This document shows, piece after piece, positions 20,865-31,831 of a stretch of DNA of 64,000 nt. Source of the stretch: an uncultured Phycisphaerales bacterium. Lineage in GTDB: Bacteria; Planctomycetota; Phycisphaerae; Tepidisphaerales; Tepidisphaeraceae. The stretch covers positions 480,001-544,000 of the forward strand of contig CAVWVQ010000003.1 of assembly GCA_963758525.1 (NCBI GenBank), read 5' to 3'. The first letter of the stretch is position 1, and each line of letters begins with the position of its first letter. Made by a program: the position numbers and the translations under genes. The notes under the pieces are model-generated. The model ran no database searches. It was not told where the DNA came from and saw only the letters and a list, made by a program, of their open reading frames with translations.

Positions 20865-21059
20865 CCGGGACGAGCGTAAGGGGATTTTTCAGCGTCCGCA
20901 AACGCCTCCGATATTTACGATGCGGCAGCGATCGCCGCGGGGTACAATTCCCGCTCGCTTAAACAACCTCGAGGGTTGTCTGTATCGTTTTTTGGCGGAA
21001 AGTTCTCCGGCACGGAAGAACTCAATATTTCTGACTTTCACTGCCCCTCAGGAAATTCT

Positions 21060-24000
21060 ATGCATCAACGCGGCATCGCCCCCGGACGATTCTTCTGCTG
21101 CATCATTCTTGCAGTCTGCTCACTGACAATCAGCCACGCGAAAGCCGACCCGTACTCGGTGGTCTACGAGCCGAAGGGAACGCCCAACGGCAAGCACATC
21201 GTCTTTCTTTCCGGCGACGAGGAGTATCGCAGCGAAGAGGGTCTGCCGATGCTCGCCAAGATCTTGAGCCAGCGGGATGGGTTCAAGTGCACGGTGCTCT
21301 TCGCGATCGATCCCGACGGAACGATCAATCCAAATAACCAGACGAATCTTCCCGGGGCCGAAGCCCTCGACTCGGCTGACGCCATTGTGATGTTGCTGCG
21401 ATTTCGCGCGTGGCCGGACGATCAGATGAAGCATTTCGTCGACGCGGTGGAGCGCGGCGTGCCGATCATCGGTCTTCGCACGGCAACGCATTCGTTCGCG
21501 TTCAAGAGCGGCACCTACCAGAGCTGGAACGGTTTTGGGAAGCGCGTGCTGGGGGAACACTGGGTGAATCACTGGGGAAGTCATAAGAAGGAAGCCACGC
21601 GGGCGATCATCGAAGCCGCCAACAAGGACAATCCGCTGCTGAATGGCGTGGGGGACATTTTCGTCACGACCGACGTATATGAGGGTTACCCCCCCGCCGA
21701 CGCGACCATTCTCCTGCGCGGGCAAGTGCTCAAGGGAATGAAGGCAACCGACCCGCCGGCCGATTACAAGAAGAAGCGATCAACGGATCACGTTGAACAA
21801 GGCGTGAATGATCCGATGATGCCGATCGCCTGGTCGCGCATCTACAGGGATGAAAAAACTGGAAAGACGAACCGGGTCCTTTGCACGACGATGGGCGCAT
21901 CCACGGATCTGCTGAGCGAAGATCTGCGCCGGCTGATCGTCAATGGCGTCTTCTGGGGCTTGGAAATGCCCATACCCGCCAAGGCGGACGTGGCGTTCGT
22001 TGACGAGTACAAGCCTCGCGATTTTGGCTTCAATGGATATCAAAAAGGACTGAAGCCGGACGATTTTGCACTCGGCAAACCCGCCCCGACCACCGAGAAA
22101 GCGGCAATGCCGGCGCCCATTCTCCGGCCCGTCAGCCGCGTGTGCGCGTCGTCTGGCGGCGCGGCTCTGGAACTGAAGCCGGGCGATCACATCGCAATTA
22201 TCGGCAACACGCTGGCAGATCGCTTTCAGTTTGACGGGTATCTGGAAACCCTCATTTACGCGCAAAATCCACAGGCGAATCTGGTCTTTCGCAATCTGGC
22301 CGTCTCCGGAGACGAAGTGGTCAAGCGTGCCCGCTCGCTGAACTTCGGCACGCCCGACGAGTGGCTGACGCGCGTGAAGGCGGATGTGATTCTCGCGTTT
22401 TTTGGATTCGACGACTCCTTTGCCGGGCCCGCGGGGCTGCCGCAGTTCAAGCGGGATTTGGACAAGTATCTCAAGGATACCTTGGCGCAGAACTACAGCG
22501 GCAAGGGGCCGCCGCGGATCGTGCTCTTCTCCCCCATCGCCAATGAGAAACTGCCGGACCCCAACTACCCCGATCCGTCAGCGAACAATGCCAACATCAA
22601 GCTCTACGCCGACGCGATGCGCGAAATCGCTGCCGCAAATCACGTGCAATTTATCGATCTGTTTGAGCCGTCGCAAAAGCTCTACGCCGAGGGCGCCGCG
22701 CGACATCAGCCGTTGACCATCAATGAGATTCATCTCTCGGAATACGGCGACAAGCTCCTGGCGCCGATCATGTTTCAGTCGATGTTCGGCACCGACGCCC
22801 CCACGGGCGATTTCGAGAAACTGCGCGCCGCGATCAACGAGAAGAACTGGCAATGGCACGCCCGCTACCGGACGGTCGACGGATTCAACGTGTATGGCGG
22901 ACGCTCGTACGAAGCATACGAATCTCCCAAGGGCGGCCCGAAGGTCACGAATAACAGGATCATGCAGGAGGAAATGACGCGCCGCGACGTCATCACCGCG
23001 GATCACGACCCGGCGGTCTGGGCCGTCGCCCAGGGGCGCGATCCGGTGGTGAGAAATGACAATCTTCCGCCCGTGGAGAAGATTCAATCCAACGATCCGG
23101 GAACCAAGCCGGACGGATCGTGGGTCTACACGGGCGGTCAGGCCGCGATCGCGAAAATGACGGTCGCCGAGCACATGAAGGTGAATCTCTTCGCCAGCGA
23201 AGAGCAGTTTCCCGAACTGGTGAATCCGGTGCAGATGGCGTGGGACACGAAGGGCCGGCTTTGGGTTTCCGCGTGGCGCAATTACCCGGAGCGCACGCCG
23301 GACTCGAAAGTCGGCGACAGCATTCTGATCTTCGAAGACACCAAGGGGACCGGCCACGCCGACAAATGCACGCATTTTATCGACGACCTGAACTGCCCGA
23401 CCGGGTTCCAGTTCTATAAAGACGGCATTCTGCTCATGCAGGCGCCGGACCTGTGGTTCGTTCGCGACACCACCGGCAAAGACCACGCCAACTGGAAAGA
23501 GCGCATCCTGATGGGCATGGACTCCGCCGATTCGCATCACACCACCAACTCGATGGTTCTCGACCCCGGCGGCGGAACGTATCTCAGCGACGGCGTCTTC
23601 CATCGCTCGCAAGTGGAAACGTTTCTCGGCCCGGTGCGCAACGAGGACGCCTGCATCTACCGGTTTGAGCCGTCGACCGGAAAATTCGAGCGCTATGCCG
23701 CCTACGGTTTTGCCAACCCGCACGGCCGCGTGTTCGATTACTGGGGCAACGATCTGATCACCGACGCCACGGGAAACAACACCTACTTCGGCCCCGCCAT
23801 CAGCGGACATATCGACTACCCGTCAAAACATGAAGCGGTCAAGCAGTTCTGGGATCGGCCGTCGCGTCCTTGCCCCGGCACGGCGCTGCTGACGAGCCGG
23901 CAGTTTCCCGACGAATTCCAGGGAAATTTCCTCGATTGCAATGTGATCGGATTTCAGGGGATCTACCGCGTCAGAGTTGACGAAGAGGGATCGGGCCTGG

Positions 24001-26042
24001 CGGGAACGACGCTGGCGCCGATCATCTCCTCTCCCGATCCAAGTTTTCGCCCCAGCGGCGTGAGCTTCGGGCCGGACGGGGCGCTCTACTTCATGGACTG
24101 GTCGCAAACGCTCATCGGGCATCTGCAGCATAATCTGCGCGACCCGAACCGCGATCACGCGCACGGGCGCATCTATCGCATTGTCTACGAGGGCCGTCCG
24201 CTGATGAAGCCGGTGAAGATCGACGGCCAACCGATTCCGGCATTGCTCGAACTGCTCAAAGAGCCGGAAAACCAGACGCGAACGCTCGCCAAGATCGAGT
24301 TGGCCAAGCACGATCCCGCGGAGGTGATCGCGGCGGTCGATCGATGGGCCGCCGGGCTGAACAAATCCGACGCGGCATATGAGCACAACATGACCGAGGC
24401 GTTGTGGGTGCACCAGTGGCTCAATGTCGTGGACGTGAACATGCTCGATCGCATGCTGCGCTCGCCCGAGCCGCATGCCCGCACGGCGGCAACGCGAGTG
24501 CTCTGCTACTGGCGCGACCGCGTCGCCAATGCCCTGGCCCTGTTAAAAATCCAGGCCGATGACGAGAACCCGCGCGTCCGGCTTGAAGCGGTGCGCGCGG
24601 CAAGCTTCTTCTCCTCGCTGGACGCGGTGAACGTGACACTGACGGCGGTGAAGCATCCGACCGACTATTATCTCGACTACGTCTTGCGTGAAACAATGCG
24701 GCAACTGAGCCCCATCTGGCGGCACGCGCTGGACACGGGCGAGCCGATCGCGGCGGACAATCCTGCCGGGGTGACGTATCTGCTCAAGGAGACCCCCACC
24801 AACGAGTTGCTGAAGCTCCCGCCGAGCCACGCGACGCTGATGGCCATCCTGATGCGGTCGGAGGCTTCCGATGCCGCCCGCAGCCAGGCGCTGGCGGGGC
24901 TTGCGACGGAGCAGAAGATTTCCGGCGCCGCGGTGCTGCTGAACCTGATCGATCACCAGGAAAAAGAGAAAGAAGGTTCATCGACGGCGTTTGTGCGGTT
25001 TCTCAGCCTGCAAACCCCCGAGGATCTCAAGGCGGTCCGTCCGCGTCTGTTGCAACTGGCGACAACCAGCAAGATCGCAATGCTGCGCGAGTCGGCCTGG
25101 GCCGCGATCGCAACCGGAGACCAATCCTTTGATGCCGCGTGGGCTGCCGCACGATCATCCGCGGCGGAGGCAGACCTTTTGAATGGAATTCCCCTCGTCT
25201 TCGATTCGGAGCTGCGCGGCACTGCCGAGGCAAAAGTGCTTCCGCTGCTGGACGCGCATGCAAAGGAATCGGATGACATTCGCCGAGGCGCGATTCAGGC
25301 GGCGGCGAGCATGCCGCATAACCAGAAAGCGATCTTCGCCGCGTTCATCCAGTTGATCGATAGCGGCGTCGCCGTCCCGGATGCCTGCCGCGGGATGGGC
25401 GGTCTGCAGCGGCGCGCCTGGAACAACGCCGACGCGGGCAACGCCTCCAAGGCGATCGTGCAGTGGGCGCGGGCCGTGCCGAAAGATCAGCGGACCGACC
25501 AGGACTACGTGCAGACCGTGCAATCCGCCTCCGATCTGGCGGGGCTGCTTCCGGCGGAGGAGGCGGGCCCGGTTCGAAAGGAACTCAAGAGCCTCAAGGT
25601 CGCCGTCTTTGTGATCAATACGCTGCGCGAGCAGATGAAGTATGACACAACCCGGATCGTCGTGGAGGCTGGCAAGCCGTTTGAGATCATCTTCCAGAAC
25701 AACGACTTCATGCCGCACAACATTGTGTTCGTCAAGCCCGGCACGCGCCCGCAACTGGGAGCCGAGTCAGGGCGAATGAAGCCCGATCAAGTTGACAGCA
25801 AGGGGCGCGCGTTCATGCCCAAGTCGAAGAATATTCTGGACGCGACGAAGCTCGTCGAGCCGGGCCAGAAGGAAATTCTGAAGATGACCGCCCCTAAAGC
25901 GGAGGGCGACTACGAATATTTCTGCAGCTATCCGGGCCACTGGGAACGAATGTGGGGCCGGCTGGTTGTGACGAACGACGTCGATGCATATCTGGAAGCC
26001 CATCCGACCGCGGAGCCTCTTGCGGCCAGCGCTGCGAAATGA
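21060..26042 (+). CDS. Large secreted PVC-type multidomain protein: ThuA-like + SGNH/GDSL + beta-propeller dehydrogenase + HEAT + azurin-like cupredoxin
   Basis: SGDEEYRSEE; IGNTLA and IHLSEYG; LFASEEQFPELVNPVQMAWDTKGRLWV, DHAHGRIYRI; PHNIV...FCSYPGHWERM. Confidence 0.88.
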   Translation: MHQRGIAPGRFFCCIILAVCSLTISHAKADPYSVVYEPKGTPNGKHIVFLSGDEEYRSEEGLPMLAKILSQRDGFKCTVLFAIDPDGTINPNNQTNLPGAEALDSADAIVMLLRFRAWPDDQMKHFVDAVERGVPIIGLRTATHSFAFKSGTYQSWNGFGKRVLGEHWVNHWGSHKKEATRAIIEAANKDNPLLNGVGDIFVTTDVYEGYPPADATILLRGQVLKGMKATDPPADYKKKRSTDHVEQGVNDPMMPIAWSRIYRDEKTGKTNRVLCTTMGASTDLLSEDLRRLIVNGVFWGLEMPIPAKADVAFVDEYKPRDFGFNGYQKGLKPDDFALGKPAPTTEKAAMPAPILRPVSRVCASSGGAALELKPGDHIAIIGNTLADRFQFDGYLETLIYAQNPQANLVFRNLAVSGDEVVKRARSLNFGTPDEWLTRVKADVILAFFGFDDSFAGPAGLPQFKRDLDKYLKDTLAQNYSGKGPPRIVLFSPIANEKLPDPNYPDPSANNANIKLYADAMREIAAANHVQFIDLFEPSQKLYAEGAARHQPLTINEIHLSEYGDKLLAPIMFQSMFGTDAPTGDFEKLRAAINEKNWQWHARYRTVDGFNVYGGRSYEAYESPKGGPKVTNNRIMQEEMTRRDVITADHDPAVWAVAQGRDPVVRNDNLPPVEKIQSNDPGTKPDGSWVYTGGQAAIAKMTVAEHMKVNLFASEEQFPELVNPVQMAWDTKGRLWVSAWRNYPERTPDSKVGDSILIFEDTKGTGHADKCTHFIDDLNCPTGFQFYKDGILLMQAPDLWFVRDTTGKDHANWKERILMGMDSADSHHTTNSMVLDPGGGTYLSDGVFHRSQVETFLGPVRNEDACIYRFEPSTGKFERYAAYGFANPHGRVFDYWGNDLITDATGNNTYFGPAISGHIDYPSKHEAVKQFWDRPSRPCPGTALLTSRQFPDEFQGNFLDCNVIGFQGIYRVRVDEEGSGLAGTTLAPIISSPDPSFRPSGVSFGPDGALYFMDWSQTLIGHLQHNLRDPNRDHAHGRIYRIVYEGRPLMKPVKIDGQPIPALLELLKEPENQTRTLAKIELAKHDPAEVIAAVDRWAAGLNKSDAAYEHNMTEALWVHQWLNVVDVNMLDRMLRSPEPHARTAATRVLCYWRDRVANALALLKIQADDENPRVRLEAVRAASFFSSLDAVNVTLTAVKHPTDYYLDYVLRETMRQLSPIWRHALDTGEPIAADNPAGVTYLLKETPTNELLKLPPSHATLMAILMRSEASDAARSQALAGLATEQKISGAAVLLNLIDHQEKEKEGSSTAFVRFLSLQTPEDLKAVRPRLLQLATTSKIAMLRESAWAAIATGDQSFDAAWAAARSSAAEADLLNGIPLVFDSELRGTAEAKVLPLLDAHAKESDDIRRGAIQAAASMPHNQKAIFAAFIQLIDSGVAVPDACRGMGGLQRRAWNNADAGNASKAIVQWARAVPKDQRTDQDYVQTVQSASDLAGLLPAEEAGPVRKELKSLKVAVFVINTLREQMKYDTTRIVVEAGKPFEIIFQNNDFMPHNIVFVKPGTRPQLGAESGRMKPDQVDSKGRAFMPKSKNILDATKLVEPGQKEILKMTAPKAEGDYEYFCSYPGHWERMWGRLVVTNDVDAYLEAHPTAEPLAASAAK

Positions 26043-26230
26043 CCCCGTGGCATGGGCGTCCCGCGCGTCCCGCCCATGTCTGGTGCGCGGTGGGAAAAGA
26101 AGCGTGGAAAGCAAATAGATAACTTGATTGGTTTTACTTCTGATGCAACCGACATGGGCGGGACGCCCATGCCACGGGGAGGCGGTTGGCAGGAAGAAAT
26201 TTCCGTCGCTTCGTTTGCAGGGCGGAAGGG

Positions 26231-26841
26231 CTATGCCGCGCCGGCGAGGCGGCGCAGTTGGATGCGCTGCATGAGACTGGTGATCTGCTGAAGCGAGCGT
26301 CGGGCGTCGCTCTTTTTGTCGGGGGCGAGAAAGCCGTAGCGGAACTTGCCGTCGGGGCGGGCTTTGATCGTCTGAATGCGCGCAGCGCGCTGACGATATG
26401 GTTTGCGTGCTGAAATTCGACCGGCACGAGCGTCCCGACTTTCAGCTCGGCCTTGGCGATCGCGCCAAAGCCTTCGGGACTGATATCGACGATCGGGCAA
26501 TTCTTTTCCTTGCCGACTTTCGCAACAATGTTCGCGGAAATGACCGAGACCCGGAAGGTCTGACGATTCTCCGCCGAGACCGGCTCGCCCGCTCGCGTGA
26601 AGGCGATGATCGCCTTGGGCGCCGCCTCGCGGATCGCCGCAACCTTGGCGCCCTGCTGGAAAAACTTGCCACGGACTTCGCCGTAGGCGTTGACGTCGCT
26701 GCCGGGCGGCGGCGCGATCGCCGTATCGAACTGGACGACATAGCTGGTCGCGTCAGATTCGATTACTTTGCCAGGATGGAGAATCCGCCCATTGGCGTCG
26801 TCGGGGATGAACAGAAACATCTCGGTTCCGGCTGCCAGCAT
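26231..26841 (-). CDS. PilZ domain protein (apparent frameshift near 26385)
   Basis: ENRQTFRV (RxxxR) and DISPEGFG (DxSxxG); C-terminus in a second frame ...FRYGFLA... Confidence 0.8.
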
Positions 26842-26940
26842 GGGTCAGTTCCTCGTATTCGTCGGTTGGGTTTCGCACTCCAACTGATCTCTTTTCGGCA
26901 ACGACTTGCGACCACTTGACGCGATCTGGCAAAGCGGCGG

Positions 26941-27602
26941 TTATCGGGCGATCCAACGATCAATTGCCGGCGATAGCTGCCAGGCAAGATGATGGACGTA
27001 AAGCGCGGTCATCGCCCCGGCAAAGACATCCATGGTGTAGTGCGCGCGGAGGACCAGAACGGCCGTAATTTCAAAAAGGGCGATAACCACCCCCGCGGCC
27101 ACGCCGATCGGCCCAAAGGCGGTCGCCAGGCAAAGTGCGCCAAAGACCGCCATCGCGGTGTGCCCGGAGAAGAACAGATCCTCCGACGTTCCGTATGTCA
27201 CCAGCAGCGCGGGAAAGCCAGGATTCCGCCAGATCATTCCTTCCGGGGGCGGGACGCGCAAAAAGCCTGGCAGACCTGCCGCAGGGCAAAGAGCATCATC
27301 AGCCCCAGAAACGGCTGCATCGTCGGTCCGAGAATCGACGTGGCGAGCATCCAGATTCCCACCGCATCAATCACCAGGGAGCTGGCAATCAGCAGAGCAT
27401 TCGCTCGGCGCGGATGATCGAGAAGCCCGCGATGGAGCTTCGCGGTCAGACGATGAATTCCGTCGCCAATCGCACCACCGGCCGACGGTGCCGCGATGCG
27501 CCGGCTGAGCAGCCGTTGCGTCCAAAACCAGACGCCCAGCGAAGCGATGACGATCGCGACGCGGATCAGGATGACGGAAAGTTTTGCGAACGCGAGGGAC
27601 AT
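26941..27602 (-). CDS. PAP2-related / sphingomyelin synthase-like membrane phosphotransferase (apparent frameshift near 27256)
   Basis: DLFFSGHT and RAHYTMDV motifs; TM helices. Confidence 0.8.
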
Positions 27603-27672
27603 GAGTGCAAGGGTTCACGAGTGCATCGGGACGCGGATACATAATACGATGATCGCAGTTACCGCGCATTCT

Positions 27673-27788
27673 CCCGGGTTAGCCGCGACGCGCAGCGGAG
27701 CGCGTGTTCGTGTGAACCGCAGAAGGGGCGAAATTACGCTGTTTCTCGTTCGAATACGCGCTCCGCTGCGCGTCGCGGCTAACCCGGG
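27673..27788. repeat. Long inverted repeat (~38-bp arms)
   Basis: cccgggttagccgcgacgcgcagcggagcgcgt ... acgcgctccgctgcgcgtcgcggctaacccggg. Confidence 0.88.
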
Positions 27789-27829
27789 GGGAGATTGTGC
27801 GACGCAGGTTGTGCTAGGCAATTGACAGC

Positions 27830-29044
27830 TCATCCAGGACCGCTATCCAGATTCAGCATCGTCCGTAATTGTTCCTCGATTTTCACGAGCAGCGGATCGG
27901 CGGTGCCGCGGGCTTCGCGCTGCGGTGAGACTTCGATCGCCTCGCCGACGGTCACCGTCGCCGATATCGGACCGTGCAGGCGAACTTTGTCGGTCAGATC
28001 CTCCTCGAATCGCTCGACGGTTTCGAGCAGCCGCTCGGCGGAAGGGTTGGACCGCACGTAATCCGGCGGATAGTGCCACAGCTGCTGTGCGAGATAGACG
28101 TCGGCGAGCTGCCTCCAGCGCCGCGCGAGTTCGGCTTCGTCCAACTCCCCTTTAACGACATCGGGGAGAATCGCGGTGCGCAATCGCTTCACGCGCGCGG
28201 TGACCGAGCCATCATGCTTTCCCGCCGCCCATTGTTCTTCCAGCGGATTGAGGATCCGGTCGATCAGGTTCTGCAGCCGCTGGGCGATGTCGCCGGTCTG
28301 CGGCTGATCGGTGTATTCCAGTTCCTTGAGCGTCAGCAGCGCGGAACCGACCTTGTAAATGCGATCGAGCCGAGAGAGATGCCGCTGCGGCTGCCAGCTC
28401 AGACGCGCTTCGATCTCGTCGAGCACCGACGCGACGGCGGCGTCGATGTCGCCATGAAAATGGTAGCGGATCGCCACCGGGTGAACGACCAGCTTCCTGG
28501 GGGGTTCCTGTTTGGCCCGCTTCTTCGCGGCGGTGCGGGCAATCAGCGACACGCCTTCCATCAGCGGGTTCAGATGATCGTTGGTCCGGGCGATGATCCC
28601 TTCAGGAAACATCACCATGGGCCGCTCGGCTTTCTCCAGTATCTCAATGGCGGTGTCCACCGCGACGCGGTCGATCCCTTCGCGATAGATGCTGAACGCC
28701 CCCGCCCGGTTCAGCAGAAATGCGCTGAGCCGGTCCTGCATGAAGACGTGCCAGCTCGCCATGATGAAGAACGGCTTGCCTGCCGCGCGGGAGAGAGGGC
28801 CAAGCACCATCGGGTCTTCATCGCGGCAGTGATTGGGCGCCAGCAGCACGGCATGGCCCGCGCGAATCGACTCCTGCAGACGGCCGACATGCACGGTTTC
28901 GACTTTGACGATGCCGTATTTCTTCCGCAGCAATCGCGGAAGATAGAGGGAAAGGATCCACGGCCAGAATCGGCCGCGATGAGGGGGAACCGGAACATAA
29001 GGCTTGTCGATGACAATTTTTTGCATGGCGAGGGCGTGGATCAT
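27830..29044 (-). CDS. PlsC-like glycerolipid acyltransferase
   Basis: PNHCRDED (HxxxxD), GAFSIYR, MFPEG, VHPVAIRY. Confidence 0.88.
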   Translation of the reverse strand: MIHALAMQKIVIDKPYVPVPPHRGRFWPWILSLYLPRLLRKKYGIVKVETVHVGRLQESIRAGHAVLLAPNHCRDEDPMVLGPLSRAAGKPFFIMASWHVFMQDRLSAFLLNRAGAFSIYREGIDRVAVDTAIEILEKAERPMVMFPEGIIARTNDHLNPLMEGVSLIARTAAKKRAKQEPPRKLVVHPVAIRYHFHGDIDAAVASVLDEIEARLSWQPQRHLSRLDRIYKVGSALLTLKELEYTDQPQTGDIAQRLQNLIDRILNPLEEQWAAGKHDGSVTARVKRLRTAILPDVVKGELDEAELARRWRQLADVYLAQQLWHYPPDYVRSNPSAERLLETVERFEEDLTDKVRLHGPISATVTVGEAIEVSPQREARGTADPLLVKIEEQLRTMLNLDSGPG

Positions 29045-29139
29045 CGAAAAGAAACCGGCGTCTGTCCAATCGGCAGTGGGTCAGCGTAAGATCATCTGAA
29101 TCGGGCGCCTGAACCGCCCCCGCGCGAAAGGATGTCTGT

Positions 29140-30102
29140 ATGTTCTGCCGAGCCGCCGCGGCCGCGACCCTGTTGGCTGTATTTGTCCCAGCGTGCGCAG
29201 CGCTTGCTGATGACGACGGCAGTGCCGTTCCAGACGAACAGGCCGTCCGCCAGCAGATTGACGCATTGCTCAAAGAGTTTCACGACGCAAAGAAAAGAGC
29301 GACTCCCGGCATGATCCAGCAGGCGGTCGCGCTGTCGATTTCCTTCGGCGCCCCGTCGTGGAACCAGGGGGATCACGCCGGCTGCTCGCGATTTTACAAG
29401 AAGACCGCGGAGTCGCTGATCACCCTGTTTGCCGACAAAAGCGCCGCAACCCCGGCGGCACGCGGCGCGCTGGACGATCTTCAGTTTGCCCTGGATCGCG
29501 CCCGCGCGTACGGCGACGACGATCGCGCTGCCTGGTCGATGCGCTATGCGTTCGACAAGAACCAGATCATGTGCGAGATGGCCGCGCAGAAAACGCAGTC
29601 GATGATCGCGCTGGGCGAGCAATACCTCAAACGCTCGCAACTGCAGGAGTCGGAAGACGCCCTGCGAAGTGCCGTGGCATCGCTGACAGATCTGGATGGA
29701 GAGCCGCCGGAGACAATACCGGTCACTGCCCGCTATGCGCCGCTGGCGCTGGCAAACGCATTATTTGCCGAGGAACAATTCGATGATGCCGCCGCGGCGA
29801 TCCTGAAGGGACTTGCATACATTCCCGAATGGCCCGCGGTGACGATCGATCTGCGGCAAGCCAACGGTACGCCCGCGGAATATCAAACCTATTTAACCGC
29901 CTTGGAGAACAAAGCCCGCGCCGATCCGAAGGACGCGTCAGTGCAGTTTCTGCTCGGATATCAGTATTGGTTCACGGGACGGCGAGCCGACGCGCTGGAC
30001 TGCTTCCATCAAACGCTGAAGCTCGACCCGGGCCACGTTGGAGCGCAGATCTTTCTGAACCCCGATGCCGGGAAAGCGGGTCCGCCGAAGCCCAAAGCGT
30101 GA
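29140..30102 (+). CDS. Secreted TPR-containing protein
   Basis: Signal peptide; GAPSWNQGDHAGC...AWSMRYAFD helical domain; C-terminal TPR FLLGYQY...ALDCFHQTLKLDP. Confidence 0.75.
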   Translation: MFCRAAAAATLLAVFVPACAALADDDGSAVPDEQAVRQQIDALLKEFHDAKKRATPGMIQQAVALSISFGAPSWNQGDHAGCSRFYKKTAESLITLFADKSAATPAARGALDDLQFALDRARAYGDDDRAAWSMRYAFDKNQIMCEMAAQKTQSMIALGEQYLKRSQLQESEDALRSAVASLTDLDGEPPETIPVTARYAPLALANALFAEEQFDDAAAAILKGLAYIPEWPAVTIDLRQANGTPAEYQTYLTALENKARADPKDASVQFLLGYQYWFTGRRADALDCFHQTLKLDPGHVGAQIFLNPDAGKAGPPKPKA

Positions 30103-30106
30103 AAAC

Positions 30107-31672
30107 TTACTTCACCACCGCAAGCCGGCGGGATCTGCTGACGGGAACCTCGGCCACCAAATCGTACGATTGGTAATCCGTCACCTTCACGTCGATCAGT
30201 TGCCCCGCATGCAATTCCTTCGCTGATCGTACAAACGTCACCGAGTCGATATCCGGCGCCTGGCTCTGGCTTCGCGCCACATATCCATCTTTCAGCTCGC
30301 GTCCCGCCTGCCGCTCGATCATCACTTCAATGGTCTTCCCCTTCATCGCTGCCGCGCGGGCGAACGCAACGTCCTGCTGGGCGAGCATCAGCTCCTCGAC
30401 GCGCGATTGCTTCACCGCGTCAGACAACTGATCTTCCATGCGCCCCATCGCCGTGCCAGGTTCCTGGCTGTAGGGAAAGACGCCCATCATGTCGAAGCCG
30501 AAGTCCTTCACGAACTGCACCAGTTCCGCGTGCTGCGCCTCCGTCTCGCCCGGAGCGCCGGCGATGAACGTGGTCCGCAAAGCGATCCCCGGCACGCGCT
30601 GCCGGAGCTTTTCCAGCAGCGTCACGATCTGCCCGCGCGTCACCCGGCGGCGCATCTTCGTGAGCATCTGATCGTTGATATGCTGCAACGGCATATCGAT
30701 GTACTTCACCACACGGTCGCTGACGGCAATTGCGTCGATCATTTCATCGGTGAAACAGGAAGGGTAGGCATACATCAGCCGGAGCCAATGGACGTCTTTC
30801 AGCTCGCGATCGAGCGTCCGAAGCAACCCGCTCAGCCCCGCGGCATAGGCGATATCCGTCCCAAAGCTGGTCGTATCCTGCCCGATGAGATTCAGTTCCA
30901 CCGCGCCGTCGGCCGCCAACTCCCGCGCCTCGGCCAGCACCTGCTCCACCGGCTTGGACCGCATCGGCCCGCGAATCGAAGGGATCGTGCAGAACGTGCA
31001 TCCCTGATTGCACCCTTCCGAAATCCGCAGATAAGCAAAATGCCGCGGCGTCAGCCGCATCCGCGCCCGATCGTCCTCAAAGGGCCGGGGCGCAGGAGGG
31101 ACGAGGGGACGAAGAAGGGACGAAGGGACGAAGGGACGAAGGGACGAAGGGACAGAGTCCAAATTCGCTTCTGCGCCTTCACCCTTTGTCCCTTCGTCCC
31201 TTTGTCCCTTTATCCCTTCATCGTCCCCTGGCCGCCCTGATTCACGCGAGAGATCATGATATTTCCCCAAATAATGCCCATGCTCCTGCCGCGGATTCGC
31301 CTGTCCGCGCACCGCCTCGACGATGTGCTCGCGATCGAAGACGCCAACCAGCCGATCCACCTCCGGCACGTCCGCCAGCAGCTTGGTCTTATGCCGCTGC
31401 ACCAGACACCCCGCCACGATCACCCGCTGGCACTTTCCCGAAGTCTTCTGCTCGATCGCCTCGCGAATCGCCTGGAGCGATTCAGTCTTGGACGCTTCCA
31501 GAAATCCGCAGGTGTTGATGACGATTGCATCCGCCCTGCTGGCATCAGAAGTGACCGTCAGACCGTCCGCCGCCAGCAGCCCGAGCATCCGCTCGCTATC
31601 GACGAGGTTCTTGGGGCATCCGAGGCTGACAAACGCCACGGATTCGATTTTCTTCGGCAAACGACGACGCAT
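30107..31672 (-). CDS. rimO: Ribosomal protein S12 methylthiotransferase (with repeat-derived insertion)
   Basis: SLGCPKNLVDSE, INTCGF, GCNQGCTFC radical-SAM motif, QAPDID TRAM domain. Confidence 0.95.
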   Translation of the reverse strand: MRRRLPKKIESVAFVSLGCPKNLVDSERMLGLLAADGLTVTSDASRADAIVINTCGFLEASKTESLQAIREAIEQKTSGKCQRVIVAGCLVQRHKTKLLADVPEVDRLVGVFDREHIVEAVRGQANPRQEHGHYLGKYHDLSRESGRPGDDEGIKGQRDEGTKGEGAEANLDSVPSSLRPFVPSSLLRPLVPPAPRPFEDDRARMRLTPRHFAYLRISEGCNQGCTFCTIPSIRGPMRSKPVEQVLAEARELAADGAVELNLIGQDTTSFGTDIAYAAGLSGLLRTLDRELKDVHWLRLMYAYPSCFTDEMIDAIAVSDRVVKYIDMPLQHINDQMLTKMRRRVTRGQIVTLLEKLRQRVPGIALRTTFIAGAPGETEAQHAELVQFVKDFGFDMMGVFPYSQEPGTAMGRMEDQLSDAVKQSRVEELMLAQQDVAFARAAAMKGKTIEVMIERQAGRELKDGYVARSQSQAPDIDSVTFVRSAKELHAGQLIDVKVTDYQSYDLVAEVPVSRSRRLAVVK

Positions 31673-31831
31673 GGAGACTCCGCAGGGGGAAAACCGTGTA
31701 CGTTACGCGTTTGGGCTGGAAAGTAAACGGTTCATGTATTGATGCATTATTTTGACAGGTCCGCTAGCTTTGACGAAGGTCAAAACTCAACCGGTATGAT
31801 CCTATGGCACATCCCGCATCGAAAAGGGCTT

